64,000 nucleotides of DNA from a virus (taxonomy: Duplodnaviria > Caudoviricetes), in IMG/VR virus record IMGVR_UViG_3300006045_001036. One strand, written 5' to 3'. Numbering within the stretch: the first letter of the stretch is position 1; each line of letters opens with the position of its first letter. This document shows positions 55,642-64,000 of this stretch, piece after piece. The notes under the pieces were generated by a model. The model saw only the letters and a list, made by a program, of their open reading frames with translations. It had not been told where the DNA came from and made no database searches. The translations under genes were made by a program, and so were the position numbers.

Positions 55642-58011
55642 TCATCTATAGCTTCCGTAGTTTCCTACTTTGGCAATTCTGTTAACCTTACCATCTCCGA
55701 ATGGAAGATTTGTAGAAGCAGCCGTCCAAGCGGGTCCGTTGTGAAGATACTCGGTGACACACTTTCCGCCGTCGTGTCCGTATATGCTGTTAGCGTCCGC
55801 ACCCTTCCACTCACCGCAGATACACTTAATTGTTTTCGCAGTTCCTCCAGTCGGTGTAAAGGTGACATTAAGATAATCACCGATGGTAACTGGTAGAATA
55901 TTTCCAATATTAGGTCGGGTCGCTATCACGTAACGGTCATCGACCATAATCATTTTGGCATTACCTGAAGGGATGTCTGCTGCTCTAAATCGTCCGTTAG
56001 CGATAGCGTGTTCAACAAACTTCCTCTGTTCTGAAGCCATACCGTTACAGAAGTAACTCATATTAGTCCATTTAATACCCATACCCTCAGGAATATCAAC
56101 AAACATTCCTGGTTCGCCAGTTCCTTCGCCGTCTTCCCATTCGGGGTCATCATTTCCGGGAGGTGTTCCCGTACTCACAATAACTTGATTCTCTGACACT
56201 GCCGCAATTGCACACTCAAACACCATTGTTCCCGCTACAGCCGAGGAACTTGTTAATACTCCGCCAGTGGTGACTCCGCCTTGTAGAACAACAAGAGGCG
56301 GTTTCGGGTCAACTTCATCTAAACCACTCCACACCGTATCTTGTCTTACCATGCCGTTTCCCGCAATCTCTTCTTGCAATCTATCTGCCAAATCATTTTC
56401 AGGGGAAATGAAAGCTACTATAGGACGTCGCTCTTCTGGTTCAATGCTTCGAACAACTGTGTTTCGAGCAGAGTTTCCAGTGATGTATCCCTGTCTTATA
56501 AATCCGTATTTACGCAGATACCGCATAAACATTTCGTAAGTTTCGGGTTTACTGTTTCTGACAAAGATACCGAAAGGCAACGGTTTGAATTCATACTGCC
56601 GAGCAATTCGGTGAGCTTGTCGTTCATGGCTCTCGTTCGTCATTTCTACTGTTGCTCCAAGAGCTACGTCGTTATCCAGTGTAATTGTTCTGACTTGGTG
56701 TTGATTTCCATCAGTGTCGTTGGTTCGAAGTAATACGCCTTTAATTAAATCAGGACGATATAAGAGAAGAACTTTCAAATCTTCAATTGTTCGAGAACTC
56801 ATGTTAGGCAACAGTAAGTACAGTTCGGGAGGTAGTTCAACGTGTTCTTCGTATTCTCCCGAGTAATCACCTCCGCTTGGTGGTGTCACATAATCTTGCC
56901 AGCCATCTAACCACGGAGACTCATGTGATTGTATCCCTGTTAACCATGTGAAAGGGTCTTCCGCCCAACCGCTCATTCCGGGGACAGAGCGACCTACCGA
57001 ATAATTTGATAATCGGTGAGTATTGCCGTATTCAAAGTGTAAATGTACTCCTGTGCTTCTACCAGTTGTCCCTTCGACACCGACAACATCCCCAGCATTA
57101 AGTTCATCACCGAGACCTACAGCAATTGATTCCATGTGTGCAAACCTAATCCATTCGTTGCCGGATATCTTGAGAACTACGGTATTACCCCAACCGCCGT
57201 TATACCCTCCACCGCCGTAGGCTTCAATAACTGTACCGCTAATAGGAGAATGCAAGGTATTATCTCCGCTATGTGTCGAGTCACACCCTAAGTGTTCACC
57301 TCCGTATTTTTGCCAGTCCGCACTCCCCGAGACCACAGCGTAGCCGTAATTGATGTAAGTCGGGTTACTGTATATCCCACACATATTAGTGGGTCCGTAA
57401 GGATAAGAATACGAGTTGGTTAATAATCCTCCTGACTGTAACGGATGTTCCGGAGTAGCACCACTTCCGCCCTCGGGGATTTCTCCGGGATTCGGAGCAT
57501 TCTGCGAAGTCAGCCATTGGCGAGGGTCAAAAGTCACTCCGTTGTTTTGAGCGGCAAAGTGAAGGTGTTGCCCATCACTTCTCCCTGTGTCGCCCTCTGT
57601 ACCAATAACTGTTCCTGCGGTCACAGGCTCACCCTGCGACACCAAAATTTCGTGTAAGTGAGCGTAGGTCAAAGTTAAATGAGAGTGATTACCGCTCCCT
57701 TGAATAGTGACGTAATTACCGAGAGCAGGACTACTTGTAACATGACGAAAACTGTCGGTGAATTTCGAAGCAGTTTGCACGTAACCATCAATCGCTGATA
57801 TTAACATACGAGCGTTACGAGTGCTGTTAATCAATTCTGTTGTTACTGTCGAATTCCGAGAGATAAACCCCCCTCTGGTTTGTGTATCAATTGCCAAGTG
57901 TCCTGCGTGGTATCCTTGGGTTTCTTCAGGACCCCGCCCAGTCGCAGGGTTAACAACTGATTCTCTATACAACATTTTTCCGTAAGTATCATGAATAGGT
58001 GTTTGAGCCAT
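55642..58011 (-). CDS. multi-domain cell-wall hydrolase: two M23 peptidase domains plus further domains
   Basis: HLAID..YAHL..GRSDGQHLHF and HLGCD..FAHM..GRSTGVHLHFE. Confidence 0.85.
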   Translation of the reverse strand: MAQTPIHDTYGKMLYRESVVNPATGRGPEETQGYHAGHLAIDTQTRGGFISRNSTVTTELINSTRNARMLISAIDGYVQTASKFTDSFRHVTSSPALGNYVTIQGSGNHSHLTLTYAHLHEILVSQGEPVTAGTVIGTEGDTGRSDGQHLHFAAQNNGVTFDPRQWLTSQNAPNPGEIPEGGSGATPEHPLQSGGLLTNSYSYPYGPTNMCGIYSNPTYINYGYAVVSGSADWQKYGGEHLGCDSTHSGDNTLHSPISGTVIEAYGGGGYNGGWGNTVVLKISGNEWIRFAHMESIAVGLGDELNAGDVVGVEGTTGRSTGVHLHFEYGNTHRLSNYSVGRSVPGMSGWAEDPFTWLTGIQSHESPWLDGWQDYVTPPSGGDYSGEYEEHVELPPELYLLLPNMSSRTIEDLKVLLLYRPDLIKGVLLRTNDTDGNQHQVRTITLDNDVALGATVEMTNESHERQAHRIARQYEFKPLPFGIFVRNSKPETYEMFMRYLRKYGFIRQGYITGNSARNTVVRSIEPEERRPIVAFISPENDLADRLQEEIAGNGMVRQDTVWSGLDEVDPKPPLVVLQGGVTTGGVLTSSSAVAGTMVFECAIAAVSENQVIVSTGTPPGNDDPEWEDGEGTGEPGMFVDIPEGMGIKWTNMSYFCNGMASEQRKFVEHAIANGRFRAADIPSGNAKMIMVDDRYVIATRPNIGNILPVTIGDYLNVTFTPTGGTAKTIKCICGEWKGADANSIYGHDGGKCVTEYLHNGPAWTAASTNLPFGDGKVNRIAKVGNYGSYR

Positions 58012-58019
58012 AACCTCTC

Positions 58020-58505
58020 CTAATCAAAATCAAATCCATAACGCAGGAAGTTTCGTTCGCCAGTGGTAAGGATTTCGCCATCGTCACGTTTCTCCCGCAG
58101 TTGCTGTAATTTTGCTTTACGCTCACGCTCCTGTTGTTCTTGAAGAGCTTCCTGTCTACGTAATTCAGCAACTCGACCTGCTGACTCTCGACGTTGTTTT
58201 TCAAACTTGATAACCGCTTCTGCTTCCATAGTTTCGTTACACCACATCTTGATAGTGAAGACAACCGAGTCAATCATTCTCGGGTCGTTAACAAGCCCGA
58301 CTATCCGCCGATATACTTCTTCCTTCGGAATATTCACCTTAACAGGTTGCGGTGGGTTAAGTAATTCCTTGTGCTTCTCCACAATCGGCGGTTCAACCTT
58401 TAAGGATTGATGCGGAGACCGATATTGTTTGATAGTTATTGTCGCCCATATCGCTATAGCGATGATAACGATAGCGATTATTACACCGATAACGAATTGA
58501 GACAT
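58020..58505 (-). CDS. membrane-anchored protein with coiled coil
   Basis: N-terminal hydrophobic helix FVIGVIIAIVIIAIAIWA. Confidence 0.7.
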   Translation of the reverse strand: MSQFVIGVIIAIVIIAIAIWATITIKQYRSPHQSLKVEPPIVEKHKELLNPPQPVKVNIPKEEVYRRIVGLVNDPRMIDSVVFTIKMWCNETMEAEAVIKFEKQRRESAGRVAELRRQEALQEQQERERKAKLQQLREKRDDGEILTTGERNFLRYGFDFD

Positions 58506-58514
58506 AAAATCCTC

Positions 58515-58835
58515 CTACGTCTGTTTTAATCGTTGGTATTGAATTCGTGGGTTGTTCCTCACTTCTTTCCAAAAGTGCTTACCTGCCGACGGTTTTGTAA
58601 AGAAAGCACGGTACACCTTATCAGGCACGTCATAATAAACATACGTTGCACTGGGTACACCGCCTTTGTGGAATCTGACAAGCATGGTTCGAGATGAAGC
58701 ATCATAAGCCACAGCGTAGATATTCGACGAATCAACTTTTCGGAAAGTCTTAGACAGCTCCCGAGTACTGACCGCCGAATTAATCTGCACCGCCGTTATT
58801 AAGTGACCTCGATAACACGACAGTAATCTTATCAT
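58515..58835 (-). CDS. KTSC domain protein with head-type leader
   Basis: VDSSNIYAVAYD..LVRF..YVYYDVP..SAGKHF; N-terminus MIRLLSC..QINSA. Confidence 0.85.
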   Translation of the reverse strand: MIRLLSCYRGHLITAVQINSAVSTRELSKTFRKVDSSNIYAVAYDASSRTMLVRFHKGGVPSATYVYYDVPDKVYRAFFTKPSAGKHFWKEVRNNPRIQYQRLKQT

Positions 58836-58838
58836 GAC

Positions 58839-59261
58839 TTACTCCTTAACCTTGGCAACAGTGCGAGTGATAGCTTCGTGTATCTGTGTATTCGTTTGCC
58901 CGACACTCACAACGTCAAGCGACATATCTGAGCTATAGAACGCTCTGCTTAATCCGTTATAGAAATCACGAAGCACTTTAGTCAGTTGTTTTTGATTACC
59001 CGAAGTAGTCCAATTAGGCAGCGTACTCTCCAATTCCCATACATATCCGTCTCTTAATAATAATGCGAAACTATACACACCTTGCTTGGTTTTCCCACTT
59101 ACAGCCCAGTATGCTCGCACTGACTCTGCACCACTGACAGCTATACTCATAGGAGCGTACTCTGCTTCGATAACTGTAGCAGCGTCATGAACTTTAATCT
59201 TCTCCTGTATCTTTTCATCGAATTTCTTGAATTCCTCACGAGTCATTAGTAACTTTTCCAT
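58839..59261 (-). CDS. hypothetical protein
   Basis: AAGGAG RBS, operon-packed. Confidence 0.7.
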   Translation of the reverse strand: MEKLLMTREEFKKFDEKIQEKIKVHDAATVIEAEYAPMSIAVSGAESVRAYWAVSGKTKQGVYSFALLLRDGYVWELESTLPNWTTSGNQKQLTKVLRDFYNGLSRAFYSSDMSLDVVSVGQTNTQIHEAITRTVAKVKE

Positions 59262-59278
59262 AGCTATTTCTCCTTATA

Positions 59279-60190
59279 TTATTTAGGGCTTTCTTCCACG
59301 TATTGCCAAATTATTCCGTTACCTTGCTCTCGAACAAATAGGAGCGGGGTTTCGTCAGGTATTATCGGAGCAACCGTTGTTAAGTTCCACCGAGTATTAG
59401 CTCTGTGAACACCATCGGTAACAAGCACTGTTGTATTTGCGACAGCGTCACGTATTACAAAGTCAGTAGCCCTACTAAGAACGGCGGGTTCGGTCTCTGT
59501 ACCAGTGTTGGTAACAATATAAATTCCGTTGTAAGCTCGGTCGGATTCGGCGGTATTGTGTTCACCACCTGCGATAAGAACACGCTGCCCGACAATTACA
59601 GGAACTCCATCAATTTCAAGCACACCGTTCTCGTCGGAAACAAACGCCGTGGTGAGCTTAGAATACGTTAACCCTGCTTGAGAGGTTAAAGACAACGACA
59701 CCTTGAACCACGGCATAGTAAGGTGAAAATCGTTACCAACTTTGTCTGCGGGTTCGTTGTTGACGAAGATATTAAACGGTAAGCGGTCTATGCCGTCACG
59801 TCCGCAGCATTCCGAGATTACTTCGATTGTTGCAAGGTCACGAAGCTGAATGCTTCGTATCTGTCCTGCGGGAATACTCTCTAAATACCAACCCCAGATT
59901 TCGGGATTACCGTTGACAGCGTACCAGCCTTTACATACTCTCCACGGCGAATCATCGAACTTGTTAAGACGGATAACACTACCTTCCCAGATAACTGTAC
60001 TTACGCCTTCAAGCTTGAGAAAGTCCCTACCTGTGTAGATTGCAAACCCTGACTCAATTACTCTGTTGTCCTCAGTCTGTATACCTACGACTTGACCGCC
60101 TCGTACATATGCCGCTTTCACCGCTAATTCTTGACCCATAGAGTCTATGGCGAACAGAGTGTTGTCGCTTACTTTAACTTGGTTATCCAT
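59279..60190 (-). CDS. virion structural protein with fibre/decoration-type domain
   Basis: IDGVPVIVGQRVLI..NGIYIV..LSRATD. Confidence 0.65.
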   Translation of the reverse strand: MDNQVKVSDNTLFAIDSMGQELAVKAAYVRGGQVVGIQTEDNRVIESGFAIYTGRDFLKLEGVSTVIWEGSVIRLNKFDDSPWRVCKGWYAVNGNPEIWGWYLESIPAGQIRSIQLRDLATIEVISECCGRDGIDRLPFNIFVNNEPADKVGNDFHLTMPWFKVSLSLTSQAGLTYSKLTTAFVSDENGVLEIDGVPVIVGQRVLIAGGEHNTAESDRAYNGIYIVTNTGTETEPAVLSRATDFVIRDAVANTTVLVTDGVHRANTRWNLTTVAPIIPDETPLLFVREQGNGIIWQYVEESPK

Positions 60191-60479
60191 TCGAACCTCC
60201 TATACGTCGGTCAGACTTAGCACCGTTGCACTCGGCACACAAGGTTTGACCGTTACTAAGTATTGTTTTCCCGCCTTGAGAGAAAGGAATTATATGGTCT
60301 ACAACGAGCTTGGTGTCGGCAGAAGAAGCTCCGCAAAACACACAGCGAAAGTTGTCTCGGGTTAGCACCTCCAACCTCAATTTTCCTGTAAAACACCTGC
60401 TTTGGTCGGCGGTTCTCTGGGAATTAATCAAGCTGTTAAGACCCGGAACAGACTTCCGAGACGCTCGGTAAATATTCAT
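60183..60479 (-). CDS. HNH endonuclease
   Basis: RLEVLTRDNFRCVFCG..VDHIIPFSQGG..NGQTLCAECNGAKSD. Confidence 0.9.
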   Translation of the reverse strand: MNIYRASRKSVPGLNSLINSQRTADQSRCFTGKLRLEVLTRDNFRCVFCGASSADTKLVVDHIIPFSQGGKTILSNGQTLCAECNGAKSDRRIGGSNG

Positions 60480-60553
60480 AGCTATAACTTCTCCAAGTTC
60501 TCTTATTGTTATAGTTTACTCCGCAGAGTGTATAAGCTCTGCGGAGTTGTAGT

Positions 60554-60814
60554 TTATCCATCGAGGGTGTCAGGGTCAGTGTAAGGGTCGGCATCGAGGT
60601 CGTGTTTGTCGGAAATTGCAGTGTTAATTCGGGCGAGTGTTTCTTCTCCGCCAAGCACATAAATATCTCGGGCAAATTCTCCGAGGACTTCTTTAAGTAA
60701 GGATTGCAAGGAGTTTAGCATTTCCGCCGTGAGTTTGTAGTCATGCTCTTTAGCCACGGCAAAACACACTCTGCTAACTGCTTCCTTGACTAATGTGTCG
60801 AACTTCATCAACAT
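60554..60814 (-). CDS. hypothetical protein
   Basis: AAGGAGG RBS. Confidence 0.7.
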   Translation of the reverse strand: MLMKFDTLVKEAVSRVCFAVAKEHDYKLTAEMLNSLQSLLKEVLGEFARDIYVLGGEETLARINTAISDKHDLDADPYTDPDTLDG

Positions 60815-61380
60815 CCTCCTTCGGCAATTTGTTTTATATTTTCAGCGAAACCATTTTGAACGTATTGCCAAGCACCTTTACACTCTCTTTGGGCTTCATC
60901 AATTTCTTCGTGTATCTCGCCATATCGCTTACATAACTCTGTCAACTTTAAGTCGTTTTCACGGTATTCATCAGTATCTTCGATTTCTTTAAAAGCTTTC
61001 TCATTCTGGTTATACAGCCAATCTCTATACTCAATTTCGGCGGTCTCGTCGCCGTTTAATGCTCGTTCTAAAAGTGCTTGCATAGCGGGGTCTTTGTCGA
61101 GTTCGGGTTCGGGGGATTTTTGAATATCTATTTCTAATCTCTTACATTCCTCGTTAAACTCTTTAACTCTTACCACACAACCGAGATAATGAATTATGCG
61201 GTCTACCAAATCGCTGTGTATCAGCTTGTCAATAATTTCAATCGAAGTTGTGTCAAGCTCTCTTAAATGTTTTACGGTTGATTCCGACAGCCCTGTATAG
61301 CGGCATACGACTTGGGAGTCTGTGTCGGCATTTGCATCATCGGCTTTTATGCCGTCGCAAATCTCTATATCCTTATTCAT
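60808..61380 (-). CDS. hypothetical protein; paralogue of 21227..21499
   Basis: VCRYTGLSESTVKHL segment; shared acidic helical domain. Confidence 0.7.
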   Translation of the reverse strand: MNKDIEICDGIKADDANADTDSQVVCRYTGLSESTVKHLRELDTTSIEIIDKLIHSDLVDRIIHYLGCVVRVKEFNEECKRLEIDIQKSPEPELDKDPAMQALLERALNGDETAEIEYRDWLYNQNEKAFKEIEDTDEYRENDLKLTELCKRYGEIHEEIDEAQRECKGAWQYVQNGFAENIKQIAEGGC

Positions 61381-61771
61381 CCTGGTTCTCAGTCGTCTCC
61401 TTTCGCAACGCCGTAGTCACCCTATAATAACCAGCGTCAGCGTAGTCATCGTCTTGGACGATTCCCCCGAACGAAGATATAATATTCCTCATTATCTCAG
61501 GGCTGTCGTCTAAGTAAGTCATCGACAAGAATGTTACCTCGTCGGGCAGTTTAAAACCGTAGTCTTGTCCCGATTTCTCGGAGTCATAGAGATTAGTGTT
61601 AGAGGTTATTCGTAGGTCTCTCGTATACTTCCCCGCTTTGAACACTAAAACAGCGTAATCGTCTGTAGCTTTTGGGTCATCTTTTACGTTCTTGTAGTTC
61701 TGCTCAAGGACTTTGATAATTTCTTTTCGGCTTACCTTCTTAGCAATAATACCGTTTGTTGCTCGTGCCAT
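61373..61771 (-). CDS. hypothetical protein
   Basis: AAGGAGG RBS. Confidence 0.75.
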   Translation of the reverse strand: MARATNGIIAKKVSRKEIIKVLEQNYKNVKDDPKATDDYAVLVFKAGKYTRDLRITSNTNLYDSEKSGQDYGFKLPDEVTFLSMTYLDDSPEIMRNIISSFGGIVQDDDYADAGYYRVTTALRKETTENQDE

Positions 61772-61795
61772 GTTTCCTCCTTAGAGATTAAATTA

Positions 61796-61822
61796 GTCGG
61801 ACGGTTAATTTCACCGTCCGAC
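61796..61822. terminator. hairpin, probable terminator
   Basis: GTCGGACGGT/ACCGTCCGAC 10-bp stem. Confidence 0.6.
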
Positions 61823-61835
61823 AGATTAAATGCTT

Positions 61836-62201
61836 TTAAACACTTGATTCGACTCGCTGTCTTTTTCGTCTCGTCGCTCTCCGTTCTCGAAGTAGCTTCC
61901 GAAACCGCCAAACTCGACAATACCGAGTAACAGCGATTGCAACAAATCCATAGCAAGCGAGCGAGAGTATAGCCAAACCAATTGGCAAATACCGAACCCC
62001 TTGAATTATCGGCGGAATTATACAAAAAAGTATTGTTAATCCCCAAGACAGTACCTGCACAACATACAGGGTTGTTGACGGCTCGATACACTCAGCAGCA
62101 ACACGGTGAAGGTATATAGCTAACTGTATACCTAAACAAAGAAATACCACTGCTTGTAACTGCCAAAGTATAATGGGTAAGATATCCATAATCGTTACCA
62201 T
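61836..62201 (-). CDS. multi-pass membrane protein (3 TM, basic tail)
   Basis: Three hydrophobic segments and an Arg-rich C-terminus; holin-like topology but not adjacent to a lysin. Confidence 0.6.
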   Translation of the reverse strand: MVTIMDILPIILWQLQAVVFLCLGIQLAIYLHRVAAECIEPSTTLYVVQVLSWGLTILFCIIPPIIQGVRYLPIGLAILSLACYGFVAIAVTRYCRVWRFRKLLRERRATRRKRQRVESSV

Positions 62202-62213
62202 CCTTTCACGTAA

Positions 62214-62239
62214 TTGGTGTACCTGCGAGGGTACACCAA
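62214..62239. terminator. hairpin, probable terminator
   Basis: TTGGTGTACC/GGTACACCAA 10-bp stem. Confidence 0.6.
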
Positions 62240-62251
62240 AGAAATGTTATA

Positions 62252-62404
62252 TTATTTGTTATTACGAGGTTTCGGTGGAGAACTCCGTTTCATATTAGGA
62301 CAACCGAGACAACGCTGTGGAACATCCAAAAGCATTAACCCGCTCCATTGCTTTTCTTTGCAATGGAAAAACGGCGATGACTTTGTGTATTGCTTACAAC
62401 TCAT
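62252..62404 (-). CDS. small Cys-containing protein (50 aa)
   Basis: Read manually: GAAAGGA RBS, MSCKQYTKSSPFFHCKEKQWSGLMLLDVPQRCLGCPNM... Confidence 0.55.
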   Translation of the reverse strand: MSCKQYTKSSPFFHCKEKQWSGLMLLDVPQRCLGCPNMKRSSPPKPRNNK

Positions 62405-62458
62405 GTTATTATCCTTTCACAAGAGAAAGGCGAAACTGTTAACCGTTCCGCATCTCGT

Positions 62459-63598
62459 TTATTCACGATTTTCATATTGTTCAAGCCAGTCGGCACAGAG
62501 GTCACGAAGCAACTCCACAGACTTTGCAGGTAGGTGAACGTCACGTTGAGCAACACCGCCGATAACGATTTCGAGTTGAAGTATCTTATCTTCAACTCCC
62601 CATTTGCCTTTGACGTGGAGGGCTTTCTTTACTCCGCAGACAGGAAGGGCTTCGACTTCTCGCCCTTGGGTCGGCAGAGTTGCACCACGGTTAGAGCGGT
62701 CAGCCTGAGCGTCTGCTTTTAGTTTTCTGCCATAACCAAGTGAATCGCTTTTCTCTTCAGGGTCTGCCGAGACATAACAAGCATGGCAAAGTTCTTCGGA
62801 GATATTAGTGTAATGTCTCATAGGTTGTTTACCGCACCGTTGACATAATTGTTCTTCATCAGGTTGTAGAACTTCGAAAGTCACACCCTCGGCAAGAGCT
62901 TTATTGAAACTATCATAAACGAATTGGCGATGTATCCTCGCCTCATGCCACTCTCTCAAATCCTTGGCACGATAAGAGTTGCCGTTAATCTCTTTGTAAA
63001 GTTTGACACCGAAGAAATCACACATCAATTTGTCTCTATGGAATTCAGGTGTCCAATTCTTCTCTCGACATTCTTCACGATATAAACAATAGCAACAATA
63101 ATCAAAGTGGTCTGATTGGGTATCAGACAGTTTGCAACCGTCAAGCCCTGTAAATCTCCGAGCTTTGTCTTCAAAAATCTCTTGTTTTACCTGCTCGACA
63201 ATATCCGCTCTTGTCGGGTCGAGCGTTTCGTCAAATCCGTCGTTATGCCGCTCTAACAAATTCAAGTTATCGCAGACGTAGCCATCCTTGTCAAATGTAC
63301 AAGCCCAATTTGACTCCGAGCATTGAACCCTGTCTAAGCAATGTCGGCAATACTTGAAATTGCCGAGAGGTTTCGCCTTACTCTCTGTACCGTGCTTATC
63401 AGCGTAAGTGTAGTTATCCTTTTGGCAGTAACTGTCTTCCCGCAAATCTAACCCAACGATATATGAGCAAGTCGGGTCGTCAACTGCTCGACAGTGGTAG
63501 TGTCTGAGTTCAGGTTCGGCACATTTAACCACTGCGGACACCTCTTCCTCATCCATAGTCGTTATTGTGACGTTATCGCCGTTAACGTAAGTCTTCAT
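62459..63598 (-). CDS. Cys-rich multi-domain hypothetical protein
   Basis: AAGGAG RBS; duplicated YCxxCxxRxxC..W..F..C module; CQRC..CHAC. Confidence 0.7.
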   Translation of the reverse strand: MKTYVNGDNVTITTMDEEEVSAVVKCAEPELRHYHCRAVDDPTCSYIVGLDLREDSYCQKDNYTYADKHGTESKAKPLGNFKYCRHCLDRVQCSESNWACTFDKDGYVCDNLNLLERHNDGFDETLDPTRADIVEQVKQEIFEDKARRFTGLDGCKLSDTQSDHFDYCCYCLYREECREKNWTPEFHRDKLMCDFFGVKLYKEINGNSYRAKDLREWHEARIHRQFVYDSFNKALAEGVTFEVLQPDEEQLCQRCGKQPMRHYTNISEELCHACYVSADPEEKSDSLGYGRKLKADAQADRSNRGATLPTQGREVEALPVCGVKKALHVKGKWGVEDKILQLEIVIGGVAQRDVHLPAKSVELLRDLCADWLEQYENRE

Positions 63599-63864
63599 TC
63601 AATACTCCTTTCATACCCAACGCCTACGAAGTCGGCGATGCCGTCAATTGCTTCGTAGCGTGTTCCGTTGTGGTTGGTCTCTTTCTTAGAGCAGCGATGA
63701 ACAGTGGTTTTAGCGATACCACTGTAATCTTTTCCGTCTCCAACTCGGTAATCATCAAAATCTGTTATTCTCAAACCGTCATCATCATAGTTATCTATCG
63801 CCTTTGATGTTTGTGCAAATTCAGTGTTGCAAATTCGACACTTGTAAATTAAATGAGCTATCAT
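63595..63864 (-). CDS. small putative Zn-binding protein
   Basis: YKCRIC..HRC; GGAGG RBS. Confidence 0.7.
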   Translation of the reverse strand: MIAHLIYKCRICNTEFAQTSKAIDNYDDDGLRITDFDDYRVGDGKDYSGIAKTTVHRCSKKETNHNGTRYEAIDGIADFVGVGYERSIE

Positions 63865-64000
63865 CAGCTAACCTCCATTGTAAGACCGCACTTGTTGCAC
63901 CGAGACCGAACCGTCACATAACCGCTACTGGAAGTAACACGATGTAATTTGGCAAGCTCTTCAATAAGTGTTGTGTCGCAACGTTTACAGGCGGGGCAAC
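63864..64000 (-). CDS. zinc-ribbon protein, 3' part only
   Basis: CPAC..RCNKCG ending in TGA that overlaps the next ATG. Confidence 0.55.
   Translation of the reverse strand, partial: CPACKRCDTTLIEELAKLHRVTSSSGYVTVRSRCNKCGLTMEVS

Noticed and set aside
1-64000. Alternative genetic code, tRNA genes, introns or inteins
   Set aside because: Genes are long and tightly packed under the standard code with TAG and TGA used as stops; no cloverleaf was recognised; terminase, portal and capsid appear uninterrupted

Overview
This 64 kb window is part of a large contractile-tailed (myovirus-type) phage genome with a T4-like morphogenesis plan, almost entirely on the minus strand. The host is probably a Firmicute: Shine-Dalgarno sites are strong, promoters match the sigmaA consensus, and there is a SigF/G/B-like sigma domain. 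In transcription order (right to left) it carries small accessory genes, an HNH nuclease, a KTSC protein, a multi-domain M23 cell-wall hydrolase, neck and tail-terminator genes, sheath, tube, chaperone, tape measure, baseplate genes and a tail fibre. An accessory island at 21.1-24.5 kb holds independently promoted small genes. Next come a Mor-like regulator, terminase, a catalytically dead NAD-ligase homologue, portal, protease-scaffold, major capsid, decoration and neck genes, and a sigma-factor fusion. The left end holds a nucleotide-metabolism or DNA-modification cluster (MazG-dCMP deaminase, dTMP kinase-HAD, SAM methyltransferase). The main observations are: (1) a recurring [ILV]-x-S-[SAG] motif and M-x-[IRK]-[IL]-x-S leader suggest a Ser-specific prohead protease and mark dispersed head-packaged cargo proteins; (2) one cargo gene is frameshifted by a G10 tract inside its leader, a candidate phase-variable switch; (3) the island is punctuated by a conserved GCCGTTAC..GTAACGGC palindrome and contains two convergent 3'-overlapping gene pairs; (4) TAGCATT is a candidate phage late promoter; (5) a dead ligase sits between terminase and portal. 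All product calls come from motif recognition by eye; no database search was run.
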